From positions 192,001 through 256,000 of the forward strand of contig CAXXDN010000002.1 of NCBI GenBank assembly GCA_963667465.2: a stretch of DNA of 64,000 nucleotides, in the 5' to 3' direction. Each line of letters opens with the position of its first letter. Position 1 is the first letter of the stretch. The notes under the pieces are model-generated. The model made no database searches. It was not told the DNA's origin and was given only the letters and a program-made list of their open reading frames with translations. Shown piece by piece: positions 28,690 to 38,287 of the stretch. This stretch comes from Dehalococcoidia bacterium. Lineage in GTDB: Bacteria; Chloroflexota; Dehalococcoidia; UBA2979. The translations under genes were made by a program, and so were the position numbers.

Positions 28690-30192
28690 ATGCCATCGCT
28701 GCACCGCTTGGGTCGCAAGGCGCGACCCCGGGGTCAGACCCCCAGGCTCCCATTGCCCTCTGCCCTGGCCGCGCTCGCTGCGGCCTTTGCCGCGATCGCG
28801 CTCACGCTTGCCGCTAGCGGCCCGGCCACGGCCGCTGCCGCCCCCTGTTATGCCGCCGCCGAGGCCGGCGCGGCGCCCCTCGGCACCCTGAGCACGCCGC
28901 TCGAGATCGAGATCATGTGCGACGCCACGGCGCGGGTAGAGGTGCGCGCACCTGGCGGCGGGGGTTCGGCGCACTTCGTCGAGGCGCGTTTGCCGCTGCG
29001 GATCAAGGACGAACGCGCGTATCTCTGCCGCGGTCAGGATCCAACGGTCGATGTCGCATCGGAAGCTCTCGGCTGGTTCCAGTCGGTCCCGATCCGCGGC
29101 GTCAGGACGCTTCCGCAGTGCGACGTGCTGCTCAAGCCCGGCTCTATGCGTCTGCACTGGAGCGGACCGCGCGTCCCGGTGCCTGACGCCTTCGCGGGAG
29201 GCGCGCTGGGTTGGTCCGAGTGGGAGCGCGACCCCGGAGGCCTCGTCCCGGGCCTCGCGGTGTGGGAGGTCATGGAGGACGAGCCGTGGCTCACGGTCGG
29301 CTGGGGAGACGGTGTGCCGCCGGCGCTGCGGGGTCTGTCGTACCTCTCGCCCGGTCGCGAGTACCTCGTGATCTCCAATGCGGAGCGACCATGGACGTTC
29401 CCGCGGCCTTCCGGGGGTGGGTCGCCGTTCGAGCACGCCCAGGTCGTCGCCTTCTACGGCTACCCGGGCGTACCGGTAATGGGCGTGCTCGGCGAGGGCT
29501 CGCCCGCGGAGGTCGCCAGCGAGGTCGCAGCCTGGGCCGAGCGCTACGATCAGCTGAACGGCCCGCGCGATGTGATTCCGGCGTTCCACCTGATCACCGC
29601 TGTCGCCCAGGCCCACCCCACGGCGGACGGCACCTACCTCGCCCGGATGTTCGACGACACGATCGCGACGTACGTCGAGGCGGCCCGCGACTACGGGATG
29701 CTGCTCTTCCTGGACGTGCAGATCGGCTGGAGCGACCCGCTCACCGAGGTCAAGCTGCTCGAACACTTCCTGCGCGAGCCCTTCGTGCACCTGGCGCTCG
29801 ACCCCGAATTCGCGACCTTGAGCCGAGGCGTGCGTCCCGGCCTCGCCATCGGATCGATGGAAGCCGCGGAACTCAACGAGGTCCAGCACTACCTCGCCGG
29901 GCTCGTCGAGGAGGAGGGGCTGCCGCCGAAGATCCTCGTCGTGCATCAGTTCGTCGACTGGATGCTGCTCGACCGCGAGACAGTCGAGGATGTCAGTGGC
30001 GTCGAGATCACGATCGACATGGACGGCTTCGGCGGCGCGAGCCTGAAACTGCTGTACTACGAGCGATACTCGCTCACGGCACCCTCGGAGCGGTCGGCGA
30101 TCAAGCTGTTCTTCCAGCAGGACGACCCGATCATGTCGCCGGAGCAGATCCAGGCCCTCACGCACATGCCGGACATGATCATCTACCACTGA
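28690..30192 (+). CDS. Secreted hypothetical protein with C-terminal TIM-barrel/glycoside-hydrolase-like domain
   Basis: Signal-like N-terminus. C-terminal VAFYGYPG..MGVLGE, LDVQIG, LALDPEF, VVHQF, DMDGFG. Confidence 0.6.
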   Translation: MPSLHRLGRKARPRGQTPRLPLPSALAALAAAFAAIALTLAASGPATAAAAPCYAAAEAGAAPLGTLSTPLEIEIMCDATARVEVRAPGGGGSAHFVEARLPLRIKDERAYLCRGQDPTVDVASEALGWFQSVPIRGVRTLPQCDVLLKPGSMRLHWSGPRVPVPDAFAGGALGWSEWERDPGGLVPGLAVWEVMEDEPWLTVGWGDGVPPALRGLSYLSPGREYLVISNAERPWTFPRPSGGGSPFEHAQVVAFYGYPGVPVMGVLGEGSPAEVASEVAAWAERYDQLNGPRDVIPAFHLITAVAQAHPTADGTYLARMFDDTIATYVEAARDYGMLLFLDVQIGWSDPLTEVKLLEHFLREPFVHLALDPEFATLSRGVRPGLAIGSMEAAELNEVQHYLAGLVEEEGLPPKILVVHQFVDWMLLDRETVEDVSGVEITIDMDGFGGASLKLLYYERYSLTAPSERSAIKLFFQQDDPIMSPEQIQALTHMPDMIIYH

Positions 30193-30318
30193 TCGGGCGC
30201 CGGGATGCGGGCCGGACCTACTGGCCGGACCTACTGGGGATCAATATGCAAAAGTGCCCCGACAGCGGGTCGCCCGCGGACTGGCGGGGAAGCGACTGCG
30301 CTACGACGAGCTGAGCGC

Positions 30319-30480
30319 CTAGAGCCAGAGGCGCAGCGCGCCGAGGATTACGCCGGTACAGGCGATCATGAGGCCGCCGAGTTGCCAGCGCAGCCGCTCA
30401 AGGTCGGCCTTCGTTGCGACGTGCTGGATCTCGCCTTCAAGGCGGGCGATGCGCTCCCCCGCCTCCACTGACGCCGTCAT
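30319..30480 (-). CDS. Small coiled-coil plus TM protein (DUF1640/CCDC90-like, ATKADL motif), 53 aa
   Basis: MTASVEAGERIARLEGEIQHVATKADLERLRWQLGGLMIACTGVILGALRLWL. Confidence 0.65.
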   Translation of the reverse strand: MTASVEAGERIARLEGEIQHVATKADLERLRWQLGGLMIACTGVILGALRLWL

Positions 30481-30581
30481 GACGCTGCCTTTGGCAGCGG
30501 CTTGAGGATCGACTTCGCCAGCTTCCTGGGCGTGGTGGGAATGCGCACATCGCCGCGCGCCGGTCCTGGTCGTCGCTCCAT
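30477..30581 (-). CDS. Small basic hypothetical peptide, 34 aa
   Basis: SD GGAGGG, ATG 30581, MERRPGPARGDVRIPTTPRKLAKSILKPLPKAAS. ATGA overlap with the next ORF. Confidence 0.45.
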   Translation of the reverse strand: MERRPGPARGDVRIPTTPRKLAKSILKPLPKAAS

Positions 30582-30691
30582 CAGTTCCCTCCAATGCGAG
30601 TGTACCCGACCTGGATACGCCCGTCCTACAGTTGCCCCGCTCACCACCGGCATCCATGACGTGGCCGCGACGGGATCGCGCGTCTCATGTT

Positions 30692-30792
30692 GCATGAGTG
30701 ACGTGGGGGGGGGGGCGTTGCTGAACACGCTCGCCCGGGGGCGTTCACGCCTGACAGCGAGCGGCGACGGACATCCCCCACGTCACTCATGC
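30692..30792. repeat. 18-bp perfect inverted repeat forming a ~100-nt hairpin, with a G11 tract
   Basis: GCATGAGTGACGTGGGGG (30692-30709) and CCCCCACGTCACTCATGC (30775-30792). Inner arms CGCTCGC and GCGAGCG. Confidence 0.85.
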
Positions 30793-30891
30793 CCACTGCA
30801 CCCTTCGATATAGTCCCCACTTACTTGCTGCGTTCAACAGCTGCGGGATATACTTGATCGCGAGTTGGCGGGTTTTGGCTCGGGTGTGGGC

Positions 30892-32382
30892 ATGCCTCGC
30901 CAGTTTTTTGTTGCCTTTTTTCTGATTGCCCTTCTCGTCGCGCCACTGGCCGCGCTGCGTCCGGCATCGGCCGGCGCGGCAGCGAGCGATGCCATGCTCG
31001 ATGCGCCCGTGCGCCCCGCGTTCGGGCAGCTGGTCCCGGGCCAGGAGGCGGTCGTCCGCGGCGACGGCGACTGCCTGCGCCTGCGCGACACCCCTGCCCT
31101 CTCCGGCAGCCAGATCAGCTGCGTCGCGGACGGGACGAAGCTGGACGTGCTGGAAGGCGCGGTCAGCGCCGACGGGTACGACTGGCAGCGCGTGCAGGTG
31201 GATGGCCTCGCCGGCTGGGTGGCAGCGGAGTTCCTCGGCCCGGTCCCGCCTGCTCCCGCCTGCGGAGCGCAGGCGGGAGTTTCGGGAATCGGGCCGGGAC
31301 TGCTGGGCCGGGTTCCGGAGTCGGGGTGGGGGCTTGTCCTCTGGGGTGGCGGCACCGCCCATGGAGTTGCGAACGCGGCTTCCCTGCAGGGCTGCAACCT
31401 GCGATCGGTCTGGGCGAACAAGCCCGGGGGCGGCTTCGTCTCCTACCTCTTCGGAGCGCCGGCCTTCGTGAACGTCGCCTGGTTCCAGCAGTTCCCTGGC
31501 GGGCGCATCCCGGCCGGCACGCCGCTGATGATCAAGTGCGACCACACCGTGGGACGCCTCGCGCGCAGCATCGAGGGCGCGCCCGCGGTCGCAGCCCCGC
31601 CGATCCCTCCACCCAGCGCCCCCGCGCCGCTACCCGTCCACGCGAGGTCCGCCCCGCAGATCGGCGCCGAAGCCGCGGTCGTGATCGACGCTGACTCTGG
31701 CGCCGTGCTCTTCGACAAGGCCGCCCGGGAGTCGTACGCCCCGGCCAGCCTGACCAAGATCGCGACGGCGATCCTCGCGATCGAGGGGAGCGACCTCGGC
31801 GGCTGGGTCGAGAACGACGTCGATAGCCGCGTCATGCACGACAGCTCGGTGATGGGGCTGCTGCCGGGCGACTGCTTCACGGTGGCGGACCTGCTCTATG
31901 GGCTGATGCTGCCGTCCGGGAACGACGCCGCGCTCGCCCTCGGGCGGCACCTGACCGGCTCGGATAGTGAGTTCGTCGCCGCGATGAACATCTTGCTGCA
32001 CCGGCTAGGCCTCGAGGACAGCAACTTCGCGAACCCGCACGGCCTCGACGAGCCTGGGCACCACGCCTCCGCCTACGACCTCGCGATGCTCGCCCGCTAC
32101 GGGATGACGCTGCCCGAGTTCCAGTCGGTCGTAGGCGAGACGTACTGGACCGCGCACGGCTCGCGGGAACTCTCGATGCGCAACGGGAACTACATGCTCG
32201 ATTACGCGGATGTCGATGGCGTCAAGACCGGCTTCACGGATGACGCTGGCCTGACGCTGGTGGCGTCGGCCACGCGCGACGACAGGCGGCTCTTCGTCGT
32301 CCTGCTGAACGCGCCGAACCGCTTCGACGAGGCTCGCTGGCTGCTCGACTGGGCCTTCGAGGAGCACCGCTGGCCGGGGTAG
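30892..32382 (+). CDS. D-alanyl-D-alanine carboxypeptidase (peptidase S11) with N-terminal SH3b-like domain
   Basis: SxxK (ASLTK), SGN, NPHGLD and KTG motifs. SH3b-like CLRLRDTP...GWVAAEFL. Confidence 0.9.
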   Translation: MPRQFFVAFFLIALLVAPLAALRPASAGAAASDAMLDAPVRPAFGQLVPGQEAVVRGDGDCLRLRDTPALSGSQISCVADGTKLDVLEGAVSADGYDWQRVQVDGLAGWVAAEFLGPVPPAPACGAQAGVSGIGPGLLGRVPESGWGLVLWGGGTAHGVANAASLQGCNLRSVWANKPGGGFVSYLFGAPAFVNVAWFQQFPGGRIPAGTPLMIKCDHTVGRLARSIEGAPAVAAPPIPPPSAPAPLPVHARSAPQIGAEAAVVIDADSGAVLFDKAARESYAPASLTKIATAILAIEGSDLGGWVENDVDSRVMHDSSVMGLLPGDCFTVADLLYGLMLPSGNDAALALGRHLTGSDSEFVAAMNILLHRLGLEDSNFANPHGLDEPGHHASAYDLAMLARYGMTLPEFQSVVGETYWTAHGSRELSMRNGNYMLDYADVDGVKTGFTDDAGLTLVASATRDDRRLFVVLLNAPNRFDEARWLLDWAFEEHRWPG

Positions 32383-32408
32383 CGCCCGCTGCCAGCGGCC
32401 CTCGACGG

Positions 32409-33119
32409 CTACGCGGTCTCCTCGGAAGGCCGCGCGTGCTGCTCGCCCCAGCGGTCCCAGTGCGTCACGTCGTCCACGGGGATGCGCTGCGGCTGGGAGA
32501 ACGGGACCGTCGGGTAGCCCATCGGGACCAGCGCCATCGGCTCGTAGCCCTCGGGCAGGTTGAGCAGCTCGTGCAGCTCCGGCATGTCGACGGCCCAGCC
32601 GGTGATCACCGAGCCGATCCCGTAGGCGCGCGCGGCCAGCATCATGTTTTGCACCCCGCCGAAGATCGAGGCGCCCGCGCGGCGCGGGTTGCGCCCCGCA
32701 CGGCGCGATCCGGGGCCGCCGAACAGGCAGGGGAAGACGATGACCGGCGCATCCTGCAGGTTGTGCGCCAGGTGCCTCACCGCACGGTAGTTCTGGGCGG
32801 TCAGCCCGTAGTCAATCTCCTCGTTGATCGTGTAGGTGCCGGACTGGATGCGGCCGGTGTCCGTCAGCGTCGACTCGTCGACGCGTCCGTAGGTGTTGTC
32901 GTACTCCTGCTTGAACCAGAAGGCGATCTTGCGCTTCGCCTCCGGATCCTGGACCACCACCCAGCCCCAGTTCTGACGGTTGGCGCCGGTCGGCCCGCGG
33001 ATCGCGGCGTCGAGGATCGACCAGAGCACGTCCTCGGGGATCGGGTCGGGCTTGAAGCGGCGGATTGCTCGCGTCGAGTGGATCGCCTCGAGGAGGCCGA
33101 TCGTGGGTTCGTCTGCCAT
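32409..33119 (-). CDS. Nitroreductase family protein
   Basis: Motifs RAIRRFKPDP, PTGANRQNW, QNMMLAARAYGIG, MGYP. Confidence 0.9.
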   Translation of the reverse strand: MADEPTIGLLEAIHSTRAIRRFKPDPIPEDVLWSILDAAIRGPTGANRQNWGWVVVQDPEAKRKIAFWFKQEYDNTYGRVDESTLTDTGRIQSGTYTINEEIDYGLTAQNYRAVRHLAHNLQDAPVIVFPCLFGGPGSRRAGRNPRRAGASIFGGVQNMMLAARAYGIGSVITGWAVDMPELHELLNLPEGYEPMALVPMGYPTVPFSQPQRIPVDDVTHWDRWGEQHARPSEETA

Positions 33120-33191
33120 CGCAAGCTCCCTGCGTGCTGCCGCCTCGGTTGCTGCTCCCGTCCCGGGTGTGGAGGGTCGCCTCGGGGGCGG

Positions 33192-34310
33192 CTACTCGTC
33201 TTCGTAGTCGGGCGGGTCGAAGCCCATCGCGTCGAGGCTGTCGCGCGCCTCTTCGACGAGGTCGAGCAAAGTTTGGCGCGCGGGCTTCATCTCCGTCACG
33301 AAGCCGACGCCCTGGCCAGCCGGGATGCGCAGCCAGTCGTAGACCTGGTGATCCTCGACGGCTTGCTCGAGCTTGCCGAGCAACATGCCCTGGAGCGGCA
33401 TCGCGAGCGGCGGCGGGGCGTCCGGCGCGTCGAAGACATCGGTGAACGCGCCGCGGATCACGCGCATGCGCTTGCCGTCGACGGCCTCGGACACCCAGGC
33501 GTCCTGGTTGCCGGAGTCGAGCAGCTTCTGCTTCTTCGCCATCGGGGTTTCTGACTCGTGCGTGGTCTGCCAGATCGTCCCGCACCAGACGCCGGCCGCC
33601 CCGAGGGCGAGCGCGGCGACGATGTGCGCGCCGGTCGTGACGCCGCCCGCGGCGAGGATCGGCGTGTCGTAGTCTTTCGCGATCTCGGTCACCTCGCGCA
33701 CGAGCGAGAAGGTGCCCATGCGGCCGGTGTGGCCCCCGGAGTCCTGCCCCTGGGCGATGATCAGGTCGAGCCCCTGCTCGAGCTCGCGCCGCGCCTGGCG
33801 GGCGAGACCGATCAGCCCCCAGACCTTGATCCCGGCGTCGTGCAACTCGTCGAGGATGAAGGCAGGGCTGCCCATCCCGGAGGCGAAGATCGGAACCTGC
33901 TCCGCCTTGATGACGTCGAACTTGGCGCGCGCCTTGCGCAGCAGGTCCACGCGCTCCTGGCGCCACGGCCCGGGCGTCTTCGGCTCCGGGATGCCGTGCT
34001 CCTCCATCACCCGGTCGACGAAATCGATGTGCCCCTGCGGGATCTGCGCCTCGAGATCCTCCGGGGTGCCCTCGATGTACGAGGCGGAGAGCAGCAGGTC
34101 GACGCCGAAGGGGCGGTCGCCGACGCGCTCCTTGATCCAGCGCACGTCGGACTGGATCTGCTCCGGAGTGAGCGAGTTGGCGCCGTAGATGCCGATGCCA
34201 CCGGCGTTGGTGACGGCAGCGACCACGTCTTTCGTGTGCGCGAACCCGATGATTGGGTACTCACAGCCGTACTCGTCGCAGAGGCGGGTGTGAAGCGGAT
34301 CGGATGGCAT
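33192..34310 (-). CDS. Nitronate monooxygenase / 2-nitropropane dioxygenase family flavoprotein
   Basis: Motifs VAAVTNAGGIG, AQGQDSGGHTG, LAAGGV, LGAAGVWCGT. Confidence 0.88.
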   Translation of the reverse strand: MPSDPLHTRLCDEYGCEYPIIGFAHTKDVVAAVTNAGGIGIYGANSLTPEQIQSDVRWIKERVGDRPFGVDLLLSASYIEGTPEDLEAQIPQGHIDFVDRVMEEHGIPEPKTPGPWRQERVDLLRKARAKFDVIKAEQVPIFASGMGSPAFILDELHDAGIKVWGLIGLARQARRELEQGLDLIIAQGQDSGGHTGRMGTFSLVREVTEIAKDYDTPILAAGGVTTGAHIVAALALGAAGVWCGTIWQTTHESETPMAKKQKLLDSGNQDAWVSEAVDGKRMRVIRGAFTDVFDAPDAPPPLAMPLQGMLLGKLEQAVEDHQVYDWLRIPAGQGVGFVTEMKPARQTLLDLVEEARDSLDAMGFDPPDYEDE

Positions 34311-34340
34311 CGACTACTCCTTGCAGCGGGCTGAGGGGAG

Positions 34341-35672
34341 CTACCGCCCGATTGACCCCGGGCGCAGGTTCTCGGTGCCGACGGCCGCGCCGCGGCGGAG
34401 CTCGCGAGGCGGCTCCACTGGTGGAGTCGGCACCTCGAACGTCTCTGGCACCAGCGCAGGATCGAGGTGCTGCGAACTGACGGGGGCGTCCGTCTGGAAC
34501 GGATCGTTGAGGCCGAGCTCCTTCGCGATCTCGCGGAGGCGTGGCAGCACCTCCTGGCCGGTCAGCTCGATGCAGCGCATCGCGTCCTCGTGGCTGACGC
34601 GCCCGTCGCTGCCCCAGAGGGCGAAGATGCCCGGCCGCGTCGCTTCCATGACGACGCGCAGCTCCTCGACGACCTGGTCCGGCGTCCCGGCGACGATCGT
34701 GCGGGTTGAGCGCTGGTCGTCGAAGGGGCGGGCGCGGGGGTCCTCGCCGCGGTGGTTGATGACCTGCACGTACTGCTCGCGCCGCGTCGGCGAGAAGTAG
34801 CCCGAGGGCGACTGGTACTCCGGCTGGCCGACGCCGGCGAACTCGCCCTGCATCCACATGAACTGCTTCGCGTTCTCGACGGCCTTCTCCTCCGTGTCGG
34901 CGACGTGCACGCGCAGCAGGTAGCCGCGGTGCTCGGGTCCGGCCTCGTACCCGGCCTCGGCCGCGGTCTCGTCGTAGAGCTTCCAGATCTGCTGCGTGAC
35001 ATCGACGGCGGTGTTGAGCGCGATGTAGGGGTAACGCTGCTGTGCGCACCAGACGATCGTCTCCGGGCTCGCGGTGCCAGGCACCCAGATGCGCGGGTGC
35101 GGCTGCTGCAGCGGGCGCGCCCAGGGGTTCACGGCGCGGAAGTGGTAGTGGTCGCCCTCCCAGCGCCAGGGGCCGGGCTCCGTCCAGGCCTTCACGATCA
35201 GGTCGTGCGCCTCGTAGAAGCGATCGCGGTTGAACGCCGGGTTGACGTTGTTGGCGAGTTGCTCGGAGCCGCCGCCCCGGACGATGCCGGCGACGAGGCG
35301 GCCCTTCGAGATCATGTCGACCATGGCGAGGCTCTCGGCTGCCGCGAGCGGGTTGTCGAGGGTCGGCAGCGGCGTACCGAGCAGTACGATCTTCACGCGC
35401 TCGGTCGCGGCGGCGAGGATGCTGGCCCAGACGGTAATCTGCGACTGCATGCAGAACGGCGCGTTGTGGTGCTCGTTGAGCATGATGCCGTCGTAGCCGA
35501 CCTCCTCGGCCTTCAGGTACTCCCGGAGGCGGTCGTTGTAGAGGCGGCTGCCCTCGACGGGGTTGTAGTACTTGTTGGAGAACGTCACCCGCGTCGTGCC
35601 GAGGTTGCCTTCCTCGTCCCGCGGTTCCGGATAGGCGGAGTCCGGTTGCTCGGTGAAGTACATGAGGTGCAT
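34341..35672 (-). CDS. LLM class flavin-dependent oxidoreductase
   Basis: Motifs GIMLNEHH, DMISKGRL, PLQQPHPRIW, AGTPDQV. Start trimmed to MHLMYF. Confidence 0.92.
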   Translation of the reverse strand: MHLMYFTEQPDSAYPEPRDEEGNLGTTRVTFSNKYYNPVEGSRLYNDRLREYLKAEEVGYDGIMLNEHHNAPFCMQSQITVWASILAAATERVKIVLLGTPLPTLDNPLAAAESLAMVDMISKGRLVAGIVRGGGSEQLANNVNPAFNRDRFYEAHDLIVKAWTEPGPWRWEGDHYHFRAVNPWARPLQQPHPRIWVPGTASPETIVWCAQQRYPYIALNTAVDVTQQIWKLYDETAAEAGYEAGPEHRGYLLRVHVADTEEKAVENAKQFMWMQGEFAGVGQPEYQSPSGYFSPTRREQYVQVINHRGEDPRARPFDDQRSTRTIVAGTPDQVVEELRVVMEATRPGIFALWGSDGRVSHEDAMRCIELTGQEVLPRLREIAKELGLNDPFQTDAPVSSQHLDPALVPETFEVPTPPVEPPRELRRGAAVGTENLRPGSIGR

Positions 35673-35776
35673 GGCGTTGCTCCTGGCTCCCGGGGGTGGT
35701 CCCCGCGTCTGGGGCATTCTAGCGTGTCGCCCAACGGGGGCGGCTCGGCGGCTGGCCGCGGATTGGGGAGGTTGCG

Positions 35777-36979
35777 ATGACGAAGGCGTTAGAGGGACTG
35801 CGCGTGCTCGATCTCGCGCGGCTCGGTCCGGGGATGTACGGCTCGATGCTGCTCGCCGACTTCGGCGCGGACGTGCTGATGGTCGAGATCCCGCCCGGCG
35901 CCGTACCGCGCTTCGACGCCCAGGGTGGCGGCGACCCGGAGGCAGCCGCCCAGGCCGAGCGCCAGATCGCGACCAACGCCTTCCGCCGCAACAAGCGCTC
36001 GATCGCCATCAACCTGCGCGAGCCCGAGGGCCTCGAGCTGTTCTACCGCCTCGTCGATGACGCCGACGTCGTGCTCGACGGCTTCCGGCCCGGGGTGACG
36101 GAGCGTCTCGGGATCGATTACGCGACACTGTCGGCGCGCAACTCGCGGATCATCACCGGCACCCTGTCCGGCTACGGCCGGACCGGACCCTACGCCCAGA
36201 TGGCCGGACACGACATCAACTACATCTCGATCGGCGGGGCGCTCGGCATGATCGGCGGCGCCGATGGCCGGCCGGTGCTGCCGCTCAACCTGGTCGCCGA
36301 CTTCGGCGGGGGCGGGCTGCTGCTGGCCTTCGCCGTGCTGATCGCCGTGCAGGCGCGCGAGCGCAGCGGACGCGGCCAGGACATCGACCTCGCGATGTCG
36401 GACGGCGTGACCTCGCTGCTCAGCATGCAGATCTCGAGGATGTTCAACGTCGGCAAGCCCCCGCCACCGCGCGGGGAGCACCCGCTCGGCGGCGGGCGCT
36501 GCTTCTACAACGTCTACCAGTGCGCCGACGGCAAGTGGGTGAGCGTCGGCGCGATCGAGGCCTACTTCTTCGAGGCGCTTTGTCGCGGGCTCGGCCACGA
36601 GGAGTTCATCCCCCACCAGCACGACGACGATCGTCAGCAGGAAATGATGGACGCCTTTGCCACGACCTTCCGGACGCGCTCGCGCGACGAGTGGTTTGCG
36701 ATCCTCGGCGACGCGGACGCCTGCCTCACGCCCGTGCTCGACCTCGACGAGATGGCGGTGGACCCACACGTGCGGGAGCGCGGGCTCGTCGAGGCCATCG
36801 ACGATCCGCTCGCCGGCGCCGTCGAGCAGGTGGGCGTCGCGCCGAGGCTGCTCGGCACGCCGGGCGAGGTGCGGCTGCCCTCGGCGCGGCTCGGCGAGCA
36901 CACGGAGGAGGTGCTCGGCTCGCTCGGCCTCGAGGCGGCGCGGATCGCGGAGCTGCGCGGGCGCGGGGTGGTGGCCTGA
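35777..36979 (+). CDS. Family III CoA-transferase (CaiB/BaiF, AMACR-like)
   Basis: Motifs LEGLRVLDL, DFGADV, RNKRSI, FRPGV, AGHDINY, ADFGGG. Confidence 0.92.
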   Translation: MTKALEGLRVLDLARLGPGMYGSMLLADFGADVLMVEIPPGAVPRFDAQGGGDPEAAAQAERQIATNAFRRNKRSIAINLREPEGLELFYRLVDDADVVLDGFRPGVTERLGIDYATLSARNSRIITGTLSGYGRTGPYAQMAGHDINYISIGGALGMIGGADGRPVLPLNLVADFGGGGLLLAFAVLIAVQARERSGRGQDIDLAMSDGVTSLLSMQISRMFNVGKPPPPRGEHPLGGGRCFYNVYQCADGKWVSVGAIEAYFFEALCRGLGHEEFIPHQHDDDRQQEMMDAFATTFRTRSRDEWFAILGDADACLTPVLDLDEMAVDPHVRERGLVEAIDDPLAGAVEQVGVAPRLLGTPGEVRLPSARLGEHTEEVLGSLGLEAARIAELRGRGVVA

Positions 36980-37009
36980 GCGGTCGCCTCGGTCGGTCGC
37001 TGCCGGTGG

Positions 37010-38287
37010 TCAGGCGAGGCCGAGCTCGGCCAGCAGCTCCTCGGTGTGCTCGCCGAGCCGCGGCGGGCGGCGGCTGATCGCCCACGGCGACGCACCGAAG
37101 CGCCAGGGCGCGCCGGGGTAGGTGAAGGAGCGGCCCAGCTCCGGGTGCTCGACCTCGGTGGGGAAGCCGCGCGCGACGAAGTGCGGGTCAGCGATCACGT
37201 CCTCGGGCGCGTAGATGATCCCGACCTGGAAGCCGCGCTCCTGGGCGCCGGCGAAGAAGTCGTAGGCGGGCAGCCGCGCGGCGAGCAGGGTCATCGCCGC
37301 CCGCCCCGCCGCCAGCAGCGCTGCCTCAGCCCCGTCCTCGCCGATCCGCCCGACGTCGAGCATGCGACCGAGTCCCGCCGCGACCTCGAGCAGCGGCGCC
37401 TCCGCGAGCTCGTCGAGCAGGTCGAGCTCGCCCAGCCACGCGATCAGGGTCTCGAACTGCTCCGGGTAGCGAGGGGGAGTGCCGGCGTTCACCCAGCGTC
37501 CGTCGGCCGCCTGGAGCTGCGTCGGACCGGTCGGCGCGGGGGCGGCGTGGCGGCCGGTCTGGCGTTGCACGGTGTTGTTGGCGACGAGCCACTGGTAGCT
37601 GGCCGCCTCGGTCGTAACGTTCGAGGCGGCATGCATGCTCACGTCGATGAACTGCCCCTCGCCGCCCTCGCCGCCCTCGCCGCGGTGGAGCAGCGCGGTG
37701 AGGATCGAAATCAGCGCCCAGTGGCAGCCGGTCTGGAAGCCCTGGCCGCCGCCGCCGCGCACCGGCGGCAGCGAGTGGTCGTCGTAGCCGCATGACCACA
37801 CCGGACCGCCGCCCGCGAGGATCGTGAGGTCCGTGAACGGCTCGAGGCTGCGCGGATCGTCGCGCCCGAACGAGGTGATCGCCGCGTGAATCAGCCGCGG
37901 GTTGCCCTCGCGCAGGTCCGCGTAGTCCAGCCCCAGCGCCGCGAGGCGGCCGGGCGGCTGGTCCTCCACCAGCACGTCGGCGTTCGCCACCAGGCGGCGG
38001 AACGCCTCGCGGCCCTCGTCGCCCTCGAGGTCGAGCGCGAGCGAGCGCTTGCTGGTGTTGTAGTGCCAGAAGTAGAGGCTGCGCTCCGGGTGCGGCTCGT
38101 CGCCGAGGAAGGGCTCGTAGCCGCGCGTGCGGGAGCCCTCGGGCGGCTCGACCTTGACGACGGCCGCGCCCATGTCGCCGAGCAGCTTGCCCGCCAGCTC
38201 GCCCGCCTCATCGCAGAGTTCGACTACGCGCAGGCCGGCCATTGGGCCGGATTGGAGACCGGAGGCGCTGGCCGGCGGCTGCGTCAT
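37010..38287 (-). CDS. Family III CoA-transferase, probable non-catalytic subunit
   Basis: GLRVVEL, KVEPPEG and NTSKRS are present, but there is no Asp at the usual catalytic position (GQGFQTGC). Confidence 0.88.
   Translation of the reverse strand: MTQPPASASGLQSGPMAGLRVVELCDEAGELAGKLLGDMGAAVVKVEPPEGSRTRGYEPFLGDEPHPERSLYFWHYNTSKRSLALDLEGDEGREAFRRLVANADVLVEDQPPGRLAALGLDYADLREGNPRLIHAAITSFGRDDPRSLEPFTDLTILAGGGPVWSCGYDDHSLPPVRGGGGQGFQTGCHWALISILTALLHRGEGGEGGEGQFIDVSMHAASNVTTEAASYQWLVANNTVQRQTGRHAAPAPTGPTQLQAADGRWVNAGTPPRYPEQFETLIAWLGELDLLDELAEAPLLEVAAGLGRMLDVGRIGEDGAEAALLAAGRAAMTLLAARLPAYDFFAGAQERGFQVGIIYAPEDVIADPHFVARGFPTEVEHPELGRSFTYPGAPWRFGASPWAISRRPPRLGEHTEELLAELGLA

Larger units (their letters stand above)
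30236..30818. mobile_element. Putative non-autonomous mobile cassette (IS1595-like ends, no transposase)
   Basis: Imperfect terminal inverted repeats GGGGATCAATATGCAAAAGTGC and, on the reverse strand, GGGGACTATATCGAAGGGTGC. Flanks ACCTACT and ACTTACT. Two small passenger ORFs inside. Confidence 0.4.
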
